A program made the position numbers and the translations under genes. Below are positions 9,671 through 19,628 of a stretch of 64,000 bases of DNA, one piece after another. Source of the DNA: a virus (Duplodnaviria > Caudoviricetes); IMG/VR virus record IMGVR_UViG_2890351070_000001, positions 10,912 through 74,911 of that record. One strand, written 5' to 3'. Below the pieces are notes generated by a model. That model saw nothing but the letters and a program-made list of their open reading frames with translations. It did no database searches and had not been told where the DNA came from. The first letter of the stretch is position 1. The number at the start of each line of letters is the position of its first letter.

Positions 9671-9819
9671 TCTGTAGGATGTTTTAATCCGCCACTTCAG
9701 ATCATAGTTTTTACCTTATCGTGTATAATCTCTAATTTTTTTTAGATCCACGCATTGCTGCTGGACTTGTTTTTTTCTGTCACAAATTCAGTTGGTTCAA
9801 GCTCAAAGGGTTTCCAAAA

Positions 9820-10161
9820 ATGCCAAATATTCCGGATAGTCGTACACCAGAAACTGTTAGATTTCAGCTTCCCGATGAGAATGTCAAAGATCTTGTCGAT
9901 GGGTATGAGTCTTTGGTGAAGGGAATTAAACGCAGGGGCTGGGATAAAAAACTGGATGCCTTTTTCTTTGGTGAACCAGAGGATGTTATTGATTCTGATG
10001 AAAAGCTTAAAAGCCATCGAGATGAGGCTTTAGAAGAGAAAGCCAAGATGAATAAGTTGAGAAAGCAGGCCGTTCACGAGAAATATAATCCAGGCTTACT
10101 TGGGGGGTATGCTGCTAATTCTTCATTGCTGTTTCGGACGAAGAAAACACGAAGGGTATAG
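9820..10161 (+). CDS. short protein with ejection-protein-like N-terminal leader
   Basis: Starts MPNIPD..RFQLPDEN like 10386 (MRNIPD..RFELPEEN) and 54203 (MPNIPD). Confidence 0.6.
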   Translation: MPNIPDSRTPETVRFQLPDENVKDLVDGYESLVKGIKRRGWDKKLDAFFFGEPEDVIDSDEKLKSHRDEALEEKAKMNKLRKQAVHEKYNPGLLGGYAANSSLLFRTKKTRRV

Positions 10162-10385
10162 GAAAATAATCTCTGAGAGCGCTTCGATTTGTTCGTTATT
10201 GAAAGAACATAAGCAGAGGTTTGTGACCTAGCTAGTCTTTGTGTTGTTGCTTTCTCGTTGTCCCGTTTGCGGGCAGATAAAACTTATCCAAAATCACCAT
10301 ACCTAATTTGCAAGGTCCGGTAGTTTATACACTGGGCCTTTTTTTATTCCGAGTATTTCTGGCTCGTACAACGAGGTTTTTTGCC

Positions 10386-13300
10386 ATGCGAAACATTCCT
10401 GATAATCAGGTATCGACCACAGCTCGATTTGAACTTCCTGAAGAAAACAGCGCCACAATTGAAAATGGCATTTCCCACCTTTCCAGTACCGTCGTGTTGC
10501 GTGAAACCCAAGAAAATAAAGAACAGAAAACATACCGGACGGAAAATGCTGATGATGGTGGACTGTTGGATGATATAAAATCCGGGATAGATACTGTATC
10601 AGAATACTTGCACAACACTTTGCAGGATGTCGATCTCCATGACGGCATTTCTGAGCTTACCACAAATATCTATCGGGGAGTTGTTGATCTAATCAATTTT
10701 GAAAATCTTTCCCCAACAGAAGTCCGGAAAAAAGTAGATCAGGAATATGGCGGAATAAAAGCCGAACTTTCTACTCGTCATAAAAAGGAGGCTCCAGAAC
10801 AAGCACACAAATTTGACGAAAAACTGGATAAAAAGATCAGTGCGGATAAACAGTATATTGAAAGTTTGCAGCAAAGTGCTTACCAGAAAAAAGCTTTTGG
10901 TACGATTGATCGTCTAGCTAAGAAATATGGTCATGGTGTTACGCAAAGCCCGGAAACCTTGACGGATGCTATGATTTCTATTGAGGATACTGTTAATAAG
11001 CTGGCTCCCGGAATTGGGCGGGATAGGGCCGTTACCAAAATAAAAGAAACGCGGGGAGTATTGTTTAACAACGCATTGCAGGGATATACGGATCAAAAAA
11101 ATTATATCGCAATTCAATCTCTTTTGGATGGCATTGATCCGGTGACGAATGCAAGGTTGAACAGTGGCGATTATATCACAGCAGAAGAGAGAGACTATTT
11201 CCAAAACCTGGCTGGCAAAGGATTAAGGCGTGAGGCGGCATACCAATTACTGGATGAAGTTGAGGCCCAGGTTATATCAACGGATGAGTTGTTGGATGCT
11301 TTGCAAAATCATCCCGATAGCAGTCTTGGTCAGGAAGCACTGTCCCTTTGGCAAGACAGAAAGCGAATTGAAAAAAAGGTAAACAGAGACCGGGCCAAAA
11401 AACAACGCTATTCAGTATGGCAAAATATTACAGAGACTAACGGTAATGTTGATGTCACTGATTTACCTTTGGATCTATCCGATGAAGATCGGGATCTATT
11501 CATTTCCTATCTGAATAATAAAGATGATCTGAACATGGGATTGTATGATCCCAAAGGCCCGGGCGCCAAGATTACGGACGTGCTCCTTTATGAAATAAAG
11601 AAGTTGCAGATAGCGAACCCGGACATTTTCGCAGATCGGGATTTATCTGGTTATTTCAGAGAGTTATCCCCCCAGAAAATTGCCCGGGTCATCGCAATGC
11701 AAGAAAACGGACTTGATCCCAAAGATGCCGCCAGTTTCAAAATGCGTGAAAGAGAGGCCCTCAGGGCTTGGAAACAAGTGACGGGCCGTAATGGTTATGA
11801 CGAACCGGACCGACAGGAGTTTATTAACTTCAGCATTCGTTTCGGCGAAGAAATTGACGACTTTATTACGCTTGAAGAAAGACCTGCAAGCGGTGGGGAT
11901 ATCAACAAAATCGCCAACAGGATGATTGAAAGTGATGAGATGATTTCACTAGAGAACGTGGATGAAGCACTTAGCGATGGAGAACAAGAGTTCTTTGAAA
12001 ATGAAAGAGATTTAAATGTTGATTTTCCAGTAACTGTATCAAATGAAGAAGAATTTAACAATTTAATTGAAAAGCAGGTTGAACTTCCAGAAGGAGTGAC
12101 AGCAACTTTTGTAGAAGATGAACAGACAGCTCTTGATGATAAGCATACAGGAAAACCAAGCTACAATGTTATCTTTCACGATGCAGATGGAAATCTTATA
12201 GATGGCCCTGCAACTATGAAACGTCTTCCTGGAGAGACTAACGAACAAAGCCATCTTAGGTATGTGCCGGGAGAGGGGTTTTTGAAAGATCAACCAAGAA
12301 ACAAAAAACAATATAATCTGGCGAGTACGGCTGCCAGGGATTACATCTACGGAATTCGTGGACGACATCCAGTAAATGAAGATGAAGAAAAAGAGATCTT
12401 CCTGTTAGCTGAAAATATCTACGGCATTATCCGGGAAGAGTACGGTGATGAGAATCATATCTCACAAGGTGAAATCTATACGATGGTTGATGACCTTGCT
12501 GCTGAAGGTAAAGCTCCTCGATTAAATGGATATAAACCACCAACTACACAATTAGGGCGAGATTTAGAGAAATACTACAAAGAAACGAATGTATTTGGAC
12601 GGTTTAGAAATGGGTTTATGTATGGCGCAAGAGGGATTATGGCCTCAGGTAATATTTCAATTGGGTTGAATCATCTTGAGCAGAGTGAACGTTTCGGAAA
12701 TTGGGCGGATAGAAAGCAAAAACAACTCGAAGCAGAAGAAGTTGCAATACGTAAAAAAGCAGAACATCTAGGCGTTGATTTTAAGGATGTCGAGCATTTA
12801 CTTTCACCAACTCGTATGAAGGTTAAAGAATATAGAAGATCTGAACAAGAGTATAGAGAAAACTTTATTGGCTTTATTACCAGAGGCGCAGAGTTTAAAG
12901 AGTTAATGGAGCAGGGGCGTCGAAATCCAGTTATAGTGGCAATGGAAAAAGTAGAAAATCCAGACGAATTTTGGGAGTTAATGTCTTATGATCCTATGGG
13001 TGTTGTTGGACAATATTTTCTAGAGAATTTGGCTAGCACTGCGGTAGATATGGCTAGTGGTGTCGTCGGAGGCCCCGCTGCCAGTGCTGCAGTTTCAGGC
13101 TCATTAGAGCACTCTAAGGTTCTAATGGAAAAATTAGAAGAATACGGTGCAGATTTGAAGGACCCCAAAAGCGTCCAAGAAACAATGACGGAACATGGCG
13201 ACGAAATAAGAAAAGATGCGAGAGTACAAGCATTTGTTGCTGGTGCTGCGAGTGTTATGACGGGGTGGATGGTTAACTCTGCAGTTAAAAAGCCGATTGT

Positions 13301-13430
13301 TCAAAAGGCATTAGAACCAGGTGGCAAGGTCGTCGAAGTAATAGGAGAAAATACTGTTTCTGCTGTTGGGAATGTTTTTTTGACACCATCTTCTAAATCT
13401 GTTGTTCGAGATGTGATTAGAGTACCTTAA
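10386..13430 (+). CDS. large internal virion/ejection protein, chimeric (1014 aa)
   Basis: N-terminal third similar to 54203-56275 (LLDGIDP motif), remainder unrelated; hydrophobic G/A segments near C-terminus. Confidence 0.72.
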   Translation: MRNIPDNQVSTTARFELPEENSATIENGISHLSSTVVLRETQENKEQKTYRTENADDGGLLDDIKSGIDTVSEYLHNTLQDVDLHDGISELTTNIYRGVVDLINFENLSPTEVRKKVDQEYGGIKAELSTRHKKEAPEQAHKFDEKLDKKISADKQYIESLQQSAYQKKAFGTIDRLAKKYGHGVTQSPETLTDAMISIEDTVNKLAPGIGRDRAVTKIKETRGVLFNNALQGYTDQKNYIAIQSLLDGIDPVTNARLNSGDYITAEERDYFQNLAGKGLRREAAYQLLDEVEAQVISTDELLDALQNHPDSSLGQEALSLWQDRKRIEKKVNRDRAKKQRYSVWQNITETNGNVDVTDLPLDLSDEDRDLFISYLNNKDDLNMGLYDPKGPGAKITDVLLYEIKKLQIANPDIFADRDLSGYFRELSPQKIARVIAMQENGLDPKDAASFKMREREALRAWKQVTGRNGYDEPDRQEFINFSIRFGEEIDDFITLEERPASGGDINKIANRMIESDEMISLENVDEALSDGEQEFFENERDLNVDFPVTVSNEEEFNNLIEKQVELPEGVTATFVEDEQTALDDKHTGKPSYNVIFHDADGNLIDGPATMKRLPGETNEQSHLRYVPGEGFLKDQPRNKKQYNLASTAARDYIYGIRGRHPVNEDEEKEIFLLAENIYGIIREEYGDENHISQGEIYTMVDDLAAEGKAPRLNGYKPPTTQLGRDLEKYYKETNVFGRFRNGFMYGARGIMASGNISIGLNHLEQSERFGNWADRKQKQLEAEEVAIRKKAEHLGVDFKDVEHLLSPTRMKVKEYRRSEQEYRENFIGFITRGAEFKELMEQGRRNPVIVAMEKVENPDEFWELMSYDPMGVVGQYFLENLASTAVDMASGVVGGPAASAAVSGSLEHSKVLMEKLEEYGADLKDPKSVQETMTEHGDEIRKDARVQAFVAGAASVMTGWMVNSAVKKPIVQKALEPGGKVVEVIGENTVSAVGNVFLTPSSKSVVRDVIRVP

Positions 13431-13448
13431 AACGTTTTTTGAGATGAA

Positions 13449-13496
13449 TTGTTCACCCCTTATCCTCCATCTATAATCATTCTTGGATAAACAGGT
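13449..13496 (+). promoter_or_regulatory. sigma70-like promoter with module-1-specific downstream motif
   Basis: TTGTTC-17nt-TATAAT then CATTCTTGGATAAACAGGT. Confidence 0.7.
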
Positions 13497-13499
13497 CTC

Positions 13500-13528
13500 A
13501 ACCTCTGCTTTTTAGCAGAGGTTTTTTT
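13500..13528 (+). terminator. intrinsic terminator in the leader of tail fibre 1
   Basis: AACCTCTGCT-tttt-AGCAGAGGTT followed by T run. Confidence 0.78.
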
Positions 13529-13544
13529 ATTGGGAAAATCTGAC

Positions 13545-14453
13545 ATGACTATTTCTGCGACACCGCGGAGGGCCTCTTACACCGGGGATGGCTCTACGGT
13601 AACTTTTGCTGTGCCCTTTAAGTTTCTTGCCGATAACCACTTGAAGGTTGTGGTGACAATGCCAAGCGGAGCTGAAACTCTTGTGACACCTTCGCAAATA
13701 AGTGGTGCGGGAACCGAAAGTGGTGGCTCTGTAACACTTTCTTTTGCACCTGTTACGGGGGATACGGTCACAGTTCTGGGAGCGACACCGTTGGAGCAGC
13801 AAACTGATCTCGCGGTATCAGATGGTATGCCCGCCGACGTTATTGAAACCGCTGTTGATCTGTTGACCATTCAGAACCAGGAACAGGACGTACAGATTGG
13901 TCGGGCAATTAAGTTACCCATTGCCTATTCAGGGGATGAGTTGCAATTCCCGGCACCGGTGCCCAATGAAGTGCCCTATTATGATGAAAATGGCAAACTG
14001 GTGATGTCATCAGTTGGCTTTAGCACCTTGATGTCGACGGTTCAGGATTTGATTAATCTCGCCAATGACACTGGTCAGGCACATACCCATGATTTTTCGG
14101 TTTTGACCGGAACAGATCAGGTTCTTTTGGCGAATTTATCCCGAATTTTGGGGGTGAGTTACCCGACCGCTGTTAATTCATATGGCAATACGACAGATAA
14201 TCCTGTGATTGATCTGACCAAAACCTTCCTCACATCAATGACCAATAATGGCAATGGGGTCATAACGGCGGATAAAGCCAATAACAACTCTGTTGATGTC
14301 TGGTTGACCAATGGACCGACAGCAGGGGCATTGGATATTTCCAGCTTTGATTATGTGAAGGGATCATTTGGTGTCGGGGACGGTGTGATCACCATCATGC
14401 ATATGTCTACCGTCAACGGCATTGCCCGCGTTGCGTTAGAGGTGTTGGAATGA
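13545..14453 (+). CDS. tail fibre anchor protein (T7 gp17-like N-terminal domain)
   Basis: YTGDGSTVTFAVPFKFL motif; N-terminal half shared with 59519-60868. Confidence 0.82.
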   Translation: MTISATPRRASYTGDGSTVTFAVPFKFLADNHLKVVVTMPSGAETLVTPSQISGAGTESGGSVTLSFAPVTGDTVTVLGATPLEQQTDLAVSDGMPADVIETAVDLLTIQNQEQDVQIGRAIKLPIAYSGDELQFPAPVPNEVPYYDENGKLVMSSVGFSTLMSTVQDLINLANDTGQAHTHDFSVLTGTDQVLLANLSRILGVSYPTAVNSYGNTTDNPVIDLTKTFLTSMTNNGNGVITADKANNNSVDVWLTNGPTAGALDISSFDYVKGSFGVGDGVITIMHMSTVNGIARVALEVLE

Positions 14454-17400
14454 GAGCTCTTTATTCAGGTACTGACGGCTGGAGCAATGATCTTGAGGCT
14501 TCTCTTGCTCTCTCAGCCGGGAAGAAGCTGACCTACACCCCTACGGTCACAGGAAATCGTCGTCAGTTTACGATTATGTGTAATGTTCGTCGGGTGAAAC
14601 ATGGGGCCTCACAGCATTTGTTTTCTGCGGGTACTGCTGCACAGACTAAAGGGTTTCAGATAAGGTTCGACGCTGATGATAAACTCGCGGTAGTTGATCA
14701 TTTTTCTGGAGGAATGTCACTAGGCACAAAACAACTTTTCAGAGATACAGAATGGATGTTTGTTGGGGTTTCAGTGGATACTGTGGCCCGAACTCTTAAA
14801 CTCGTCGTTAACGACCAAGAGGTAGATGACTTCGCTTCGTTCCGTATTCCTATCGCGAACTCGCAACTTGCTGTAAACGACAGCACGTCCAGTATGCGGA
14901 TTGGCGCGGACACTAATGGCGTAGCAAACGTCGAAGCCAACATATCCGATTTCGTTCTCCTTGATGGCGAAGTCCTGACGCCGCAGGAAATAATCAATTA
15001 CCGAACACAGAACATCCCCTTTGGTAATAACGTCATCACTACGACAAAGAAGTTCACAACTGAGGGACAGCAAGAGCGGTTCTTGGCATTACACAGGAAT
15101 GATCCAGCGAGTAATACAACCAAGATTCTTGATGAGGGCAAGTATGTTGAACGATCAACATCATCGTGGGACACCGTCCACTCTGACGTATTGCCAAGTA
15201 CAGGTAAATATCAGATTGAATTTGGATTGGGTGCGGATGCATTTAATGCCGTAGTAGGTATTGGTCCTTCTGAAAATACAAGCCCAAGAGGTGGGCTAAC
15301 CACGAATACATTTGGTAATTTTACGGGCATTACATTTAGTGGATCTTCTCTAAAATCCTTTAACAATGCCAGCACAACAATTGACCCACCAGAATGGGGT
15401 GCCAATGTTACACATGATATGTTCTCAATGTATGTTGATATGGATGCCAGAACGGCAATCCTTGCGATTAACGGGATAGAATTACCGACAGTTCATTCCA
15501 TAACTTCTGGCGATGTCCGCTACTACATAGACTTGCACAGTTTAAATCCCGGTGCGTCAGTCAACTTTGGTCAGGCCAATTACAAATACCCTAAAGCTGG
15601 TTATGGTCCCCTTAAAGAACCCGCAAAGTCTGACCTCAAGCGGTGTAAACTTCGTCCTAATGCATCGGGCCTTTTGACTTCCAGCCCGTCAAATGAATTT
15701 AAATCTCCGGGCAATTCCTGGTATTCGGCGGTATCTGATTTCGTCTGTCCTGCTGATGGTCGCAAATTCTATGCAGAAGTAACTATAGATGTATTAGGTA
15801 ACATTATGTTTGGGGCCTCCAAAGTAACCCCAAATGTTAATGAAACCTACCTTGGGCATTATGGAGATAGTGCCGGATACTATTGGCATGGCAGCAATAC
15901 AGGCTACTACCATGACAATATCTCAGTAAGTGCCGATCCTGCTGTTTTGTCAGCCACACAGTCTGGTGATTTTGTGCAGGTGGCTATTGATCCAAACATA
16001 GGTGATATGTGGGTCGGACGTAATGATGTGTGGGTTGGTGATCCTGCTGCAGGTACTGAGGCCCTTTATAATTTAGGCACCGACGGAATGAGATTTATGG
16101 TGTCTGCTAGTCAGACAGTAGCGCGAAGCACAATCAACTTCGGAGACCGTCCTTGGCAAGGATCTCCTCCAACGGGTTTTGTTGGCCCCGCCAGTGTAAA
16201 TTTTGACACGCTTCGTAAATCTGGCGACGCAGTAAACTACGAGTACGGCCCGAACGGTACGCAGCTATTGTTTGAAGATGGGGGTAACCTTGGGAAATCC
16301 TCTGCCGGTAATCTTTTGCTGTGGAGCCTGACAGGAATTACTTCAGATGATCAGATAACAGACACGCCGGGTGATCCTTATGCAGTCTTGAATTCGATTG
16401 ATATGCAGGGGCTTAAAATAACCTCGGGAGGTTTGGGTGTTACAGGTACAGCTTCAACATCATATGGTGGAGTTAAAGCTACTCTTCCTCTGATAGAGAT
16501 CGGCTCCTATTGGGAAGTTGAATCCACATCATCGAATACCGACGGGTTTGTGTGCATTGCTCATGTCGAAACAGCACCAGTATATTCGTCTTCGATCGTT
16601 TTCGGTAACGATGTTGGCAAGGATGACTTCTATTATAGAACTTACAATGGAGCTCTAAGAAGGAATGGTGGGGCTTCTCCTGCAATATCGGATTTAGCTT
16701 TAGGCGTGGGAGATCATGCTTGTATGGCTTACAAAGATGGTAATCTTTGGGTAGGCACTATCAAGAGTGGCATTCAGTCTTGGTATAACGGTGGAGATCC
16801 TGCAACAGGTGCGAACCCCACAGAAACTGGTTTTACTGGAGTTTTGTATCCTGCTGCTAACTGTACCAGTAATAATGGTCTTGTGTTTAATTTCGGGCAG
16901 CAAGTCTTTGAAGGTACTATTCCTGCTGGCTTCAAGGAACTCAAAAGTTCCAACCGGGAAACACCCAAGTATCACGGGCGGGATAAGTTTGATGTGAACC
17001 TACGAACCGGAACAGGTGCAGATGCTACAATTCTCACCCCGTTCGATAAGACGGGTTTGAGTTGGACTAAGAACAGAAATGCCTCGAACGAACACATCTT
17101 ACAAGACAGACTTCGCGGGGCAGGAAAAGAGTTGTACTCAAGCCTAGCAAGTGCCGAAGCAACTAGAGCAGATAGCGTTAAAGCCTTCAACGATGGGCAG
17201 ATTCTTATAGGTGATCGTAACGGGGTGAATAACAACGGCAATAACTTTGTCGATTGGATATTCGGTAATGATGGAACAGAGGTCACCAACAATGACGGTA
17301 CAATCCCTTCTCAGGTTGTAGCCGATAGTTCTGGTTATATGTCTATCCTTGAGCACATAGGGGACGGGCAAACAACCTCTACCGTTGGGCATGGGATGCC

Positions 17401-17992
17401 AGATGTTCCAGACCTCATCATCTCTAAAAATTTGGACACAGCACAGGATTGGGTTGTCCACACTGCTGTCATGACGACAGGATGGATAGGCTCTGATAGC
17501 TGGTTAAAACTTCATACATCCTCAGCTCAAGTAACCGGGACACTTTTAGGCACAGAACCAACCGATAAAGTTTTTCAGCCTACTAATAGTAGGAATAACG
17601 GGAACGGACAAAGGCATCTTCACTTGTGTTTTAAATCGGTCCCGGGGCTTTCCAAAGTCTTTAGCTATAAAGGTAATGGTTCCAATACTGGTCCCTATAT
17701 TGATTGCGGCTTCAAGCCTAGATGGATCATATACAAACGGATTAGTAGCACGTCTCAGTGGACCATTCACGATACTGAGCGCGATCAATTTAATCCCACA
17801 AGGGCAATCCTTGAAGCGAGTACATCTTCTGCCGAGAATGTTTTAACGACACTGGACATGGATATTTTGTCTGATGGTTTCAAGCTTAGAACTAGCCATC
17901 AAAATCATAATTATAGTGGTCATACCTACATCGGCCTCGCAATCGCAGATGTTGCTGGTGGCGGCAATCTTCCAGCTATCTTGGGGAATTAA
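14450..17992 (+). CDS. large receptor-binding/tail fibre protein with LamG- and SPRY-like beta-sandwich domains
   Basis: 1180 aa; repeated GKYQIE/KFYAEV/SYWEV ... NFGQ units; C-terminal YKGNG..GPYIDCGFKPRWI and DILSDGFKLR motifs typical of marine phage fibres. Confidence 0.72.
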   Translation: MRALYSGTDGWSNDLEASLALSAGKKLTYTPTVTGNRRQFTIMCNVRRVKHGASQHLFSAGTAAQTKGFQIRFDADDKLAVVDHFSGGMSLGTKQLFRDTEWMFVGVSVDTVARTLKLVVNDQEVDDFASFRIPIANSQLAVNDSTSSMRIGADTNGVANVEANISDFVLLDGEVLTPQEIINYRTQNIPFGNNVITTTKKFTTEGQQERFLALHRNDPASNTTKILDEGKYVERSTSSWDTVHSDVLPSTGKYQIEFGLGADAFNAVVGIGPSENTSPRGGLTTNTFGNFTGITFSGSSLKSFNNASTTIDPPEWGANVTHDMFSMYVDMDARTAILAINGIELPTVHSITSGDVRYYIDLHSLNPGASVNFGQANYKYPKAGYGPLKEPAKSDLKRCKLRPNASGLLTSSPSNEFKSPGNSWYSAVSDFVCPADGRKFYAEVTIDVLGNIMFGASKVTPNVNETYLGHYGDSAGYYWHGSNTGYYHDNISVSADPAVLSATQSGDFVQVAIDPNIGDMWVGRNDVWVGDPAAGTEALYNLGTDGMRFMVSASQTVARSTINFGDRPWQGSPPTGFVGPASVNFDTLRKSGDAVNYEYGPNGTQLLFEDGGNLGKSSAGNLLLWSLTGITSDDQITDTPGDPYAVLNSIDMQGLKITSGGLGVTGTASTSYGGVKATLPLIEIGSYWEVESTSSNTDGFVCIAHVETAPVYSSSIVFGNDVGKDDFYYRTYNGALRRNGGASPAISDLALGVGDHACMAYKDGNLWVGTIKSGIQSWYNGGDPATGANPTETGFTGVLYPAANCTSNNGLVFNFGQQVFEGTIPAGFKELKSSNRETPKYHGRDKFDVNLRTGTGADATILTPFDKTGLSWTKNRNASNEHILQDRLRGAGKELYSSLASAEATRADSVKAFNDGQILIGDRNGVNNNGNNFVDWIFGNDGTEVTNNDGTIPSQVVADSSGYMSILEHIGDGQTTSTVGHGMPDVPDLIISKNLDTAQDWVVHTAVMTTGWIGSDSWLKLHTSSAQVTGTLLGTEPTDKVFQPTNSRNNGNGQRHLHLCFKSVPGLSKVFSYKGNGSNTGPYIDCGFKPRWIIYKRISSTSQWTIHDTERDQFNPTRAILEASTSSAENVLTTLDMDILSDGFKLRTSHQNHNYSGHTYIGLAIADVAGGGNLPAILGN

Positions 17993-17994
17993 TC

Positions 17995-18546
17995 ATGAAA
18001 TATGCAATTGAAAAAAATGGGACCCTTGTTTCTCAAATAAGCGGTTGGACACTCGGACTAGCAAAGAAATGTAACCTTATAGGGAACAAACAGGCTCCTC
18101 AAGATTTGCCATTTGATTTGGGGGATGGCGCGACGCTTAGGGTTGTTCGGACTGTTAAAGCTAGTCCAACACCTTATCAATATGTTGTTGATGATGGTGC
18201 ATTGGTCGGGAATGAATGGGTTATCTCTCAAACAGCAAAGGACAAACCTACAGATCAAATTAGCACTCAAAAACGATTAGATATTAATATTGAAGCTGCT
18301 CGTCGGATCGAAAACATCGCACCGATCTGGAAACAGATTAGGGGGAGTGAACGTGCCATTGAATTACTTGAGATAAAAAGCACGAGGGAGTGGGGTGAAG
18401 ATGAGATTGTTGAGGCTGATTATCTTCGAGCAAAACGTAAAGAAATTGAGGCCATTCGCTCAAGGTCAAATGCTTTGATGCTTCTACCAGATGAAGAATT
18501 GATAAAAGTCGATGTTCTTGATGATATGACATGGCAAACATCATGA
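17995..18546 (+). CDS. putative tail fibre assembly/chaperone protein
   Basis: Position; INIEAARRIE..APIWKQ...IEAIRSRSN pattern. Confidence 0.55.
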   Translation: MKYAIEKNGTLVSQISGWTLGLAKKCNLIGNKQAPQDLPFDLGDGATLRVVRTVKASPTPYQYVVDDGALVGNEWVISQTAKDKPTDQISTQKRLDINIEAARRIENIAPIWKQIRGSERAIELLEIKSTREWGEDEIVEADYLRAKRKEIEAIRSRSNALMLLPDEELIKVDVLDDMTWQTS

Positions 18547-18572
18547 TTGATACAGTGCTAAGAGGAGAAAAC

Positions 18573-18743
18573 ATGGATAAATTTATCGGTGTTACAGCTG
18601 TATCAACTCCTTTATGGCTTCATTATTTTAACACTGGTATCGCGATCTGTGTTGGTCTTGGAGGCGTGTTGTTACTTGGCTTCAGGATAGCAAAGGCCAG
18701 ACAAGATTACTTAAAGGCGAAAGAGGAGAGGGGGAAGTCATGA
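18573..18743 (+). CDS. putative holin
   Basis: 56 aa, hydrophobic helix, basic tail, GAGGAG RBS, ATGA-coupled to endolysin. Confidence 0.55.
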   Translation: MDKFIGVTAVSTPLWLHYFNTGIAICVGLGGVLLLGFRIAKARQDYLKAKEERGKS

Positions 18744-19111
18744 CAAAATTGAATTGGCCCGACTATCCCAACTTCTCGGCCTCAGAGTTTGCTTGCAAGT
18801 GTGGCTGTGGGCGTGCTGATATGAAGCCTGAGTTTATGGAAAAGCTGCAAGAGCTTCGTAACCAAGTAGGACCTCTGGAAATCACAAGTGGTTTTCGTTG
18901 CAAGAACCATCCCGTTGAGAAGAACAAAAAACGACCCGGCGCACATTCAGCAGGACTTGCTGCGGATATCATCCCGCTTAAGGCAAGGCGTTACGAACTA
19001 CTCATCACCATTAGCGACATGCGTTTTAGGGGCATTGGGGTTGCTAAATCTTTCATTCACATAGACGAGGGTCACCCATACGCATATCGCCCCGCGTCCT
19101 GGAGTTATTAG
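18740..19111 (+). CDS. endolysin, peptidase M15A family
   Basis: EFACKCGCG, ITSGFRC, H..GLAADI, FIHID zinc peptidase motifs. Confidence 0.88.
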   Translation: MTKLNWPDYPNFSASEFACKCGCGRADMKPEFMEKLQELRNQVGPLEITSGFRCKNHPVEKNKKRPGAHSAGLAADIIPLKARRYELLITISDMRFRGIGVAKSFIHIDEGHPYAYRPASWSY

Positions 19112-19125
19112 GGAAGCTATTCACC

Positions 19126-19443
19126 ATGAAACACATACTGATAACAGTCGCTCTTGTAGCGGCTTTTTTTATGTCTGCCTGCACAACACCGGGCGGCAAT
19201 CGTCTGAGTGCTGAACAGCAGGTGCAGATTACCTGCGAAGGCATTATCTCAACGGTGCGGGTCCTTGCCGGTTATCGTGCTGCCGGTGAACTGTCAAAGG
19301 AAACGGTAAAGACTGTTACTGATTTGATGCCATCTACTGTGAAGCTCTGCTCTGGCGAGGTGACAGATTATCAATCTGCCCTGACCACCTTGCAGGAAAC
19401 GGCTTTTGTTCTTCTGACTGTAAAGAAAGGTGTTGAATCATGA
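19126..19443 (+). CDS. lysis-region lipoprotein
   Basis: Signal peptide with MSAC lipobox; near-identical to 61983-62300. Confidence 0.7.
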   Translation: MKHILITVALVAAFFMSACTTPGGNRLSAEQQVQITCEGIISTVRVLAGYRAAGELSKETVKTVTDLMPSTVKLCSGEVTDYQSALTTLQETAFVLLTVKKGVES

Positions 19444-19628
19444 ACCCGGCAACAATCGCAACAGTAAACGCGCTTATTGAAATCGGTGTGTTTGCATTTA
19501 AATCAATCAAGGCCGTTCAAAACGGTGATAAAACGCCAGAAGAGATCCGCGCTGAGTGGCCTGCTATTTCTGCAAAGTTAGAGGATGCCTGGACAGCTTG
19601 GGAGGCGGCAGGAAAAACCAATGGCTGA
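19440..19628 (+). CDS. small lysis-region protein
   Basis: ATGA coupling; near-identical to 62297-62485. Confidence 0.7.
   Translation: MNPATIATVNALIEIGVFAFKSIKAVQNGDKTPEEIRAEWPAISAKLEDAWTAWEAAGKTNG

Noticed and set aside
13545-17992. Diversity-generating retroelement, expected from BPP-1 similarity
   Set aside because: No reverse transcriptase ORF and no template/variable repeat pair differing at adenines was noticed in the window
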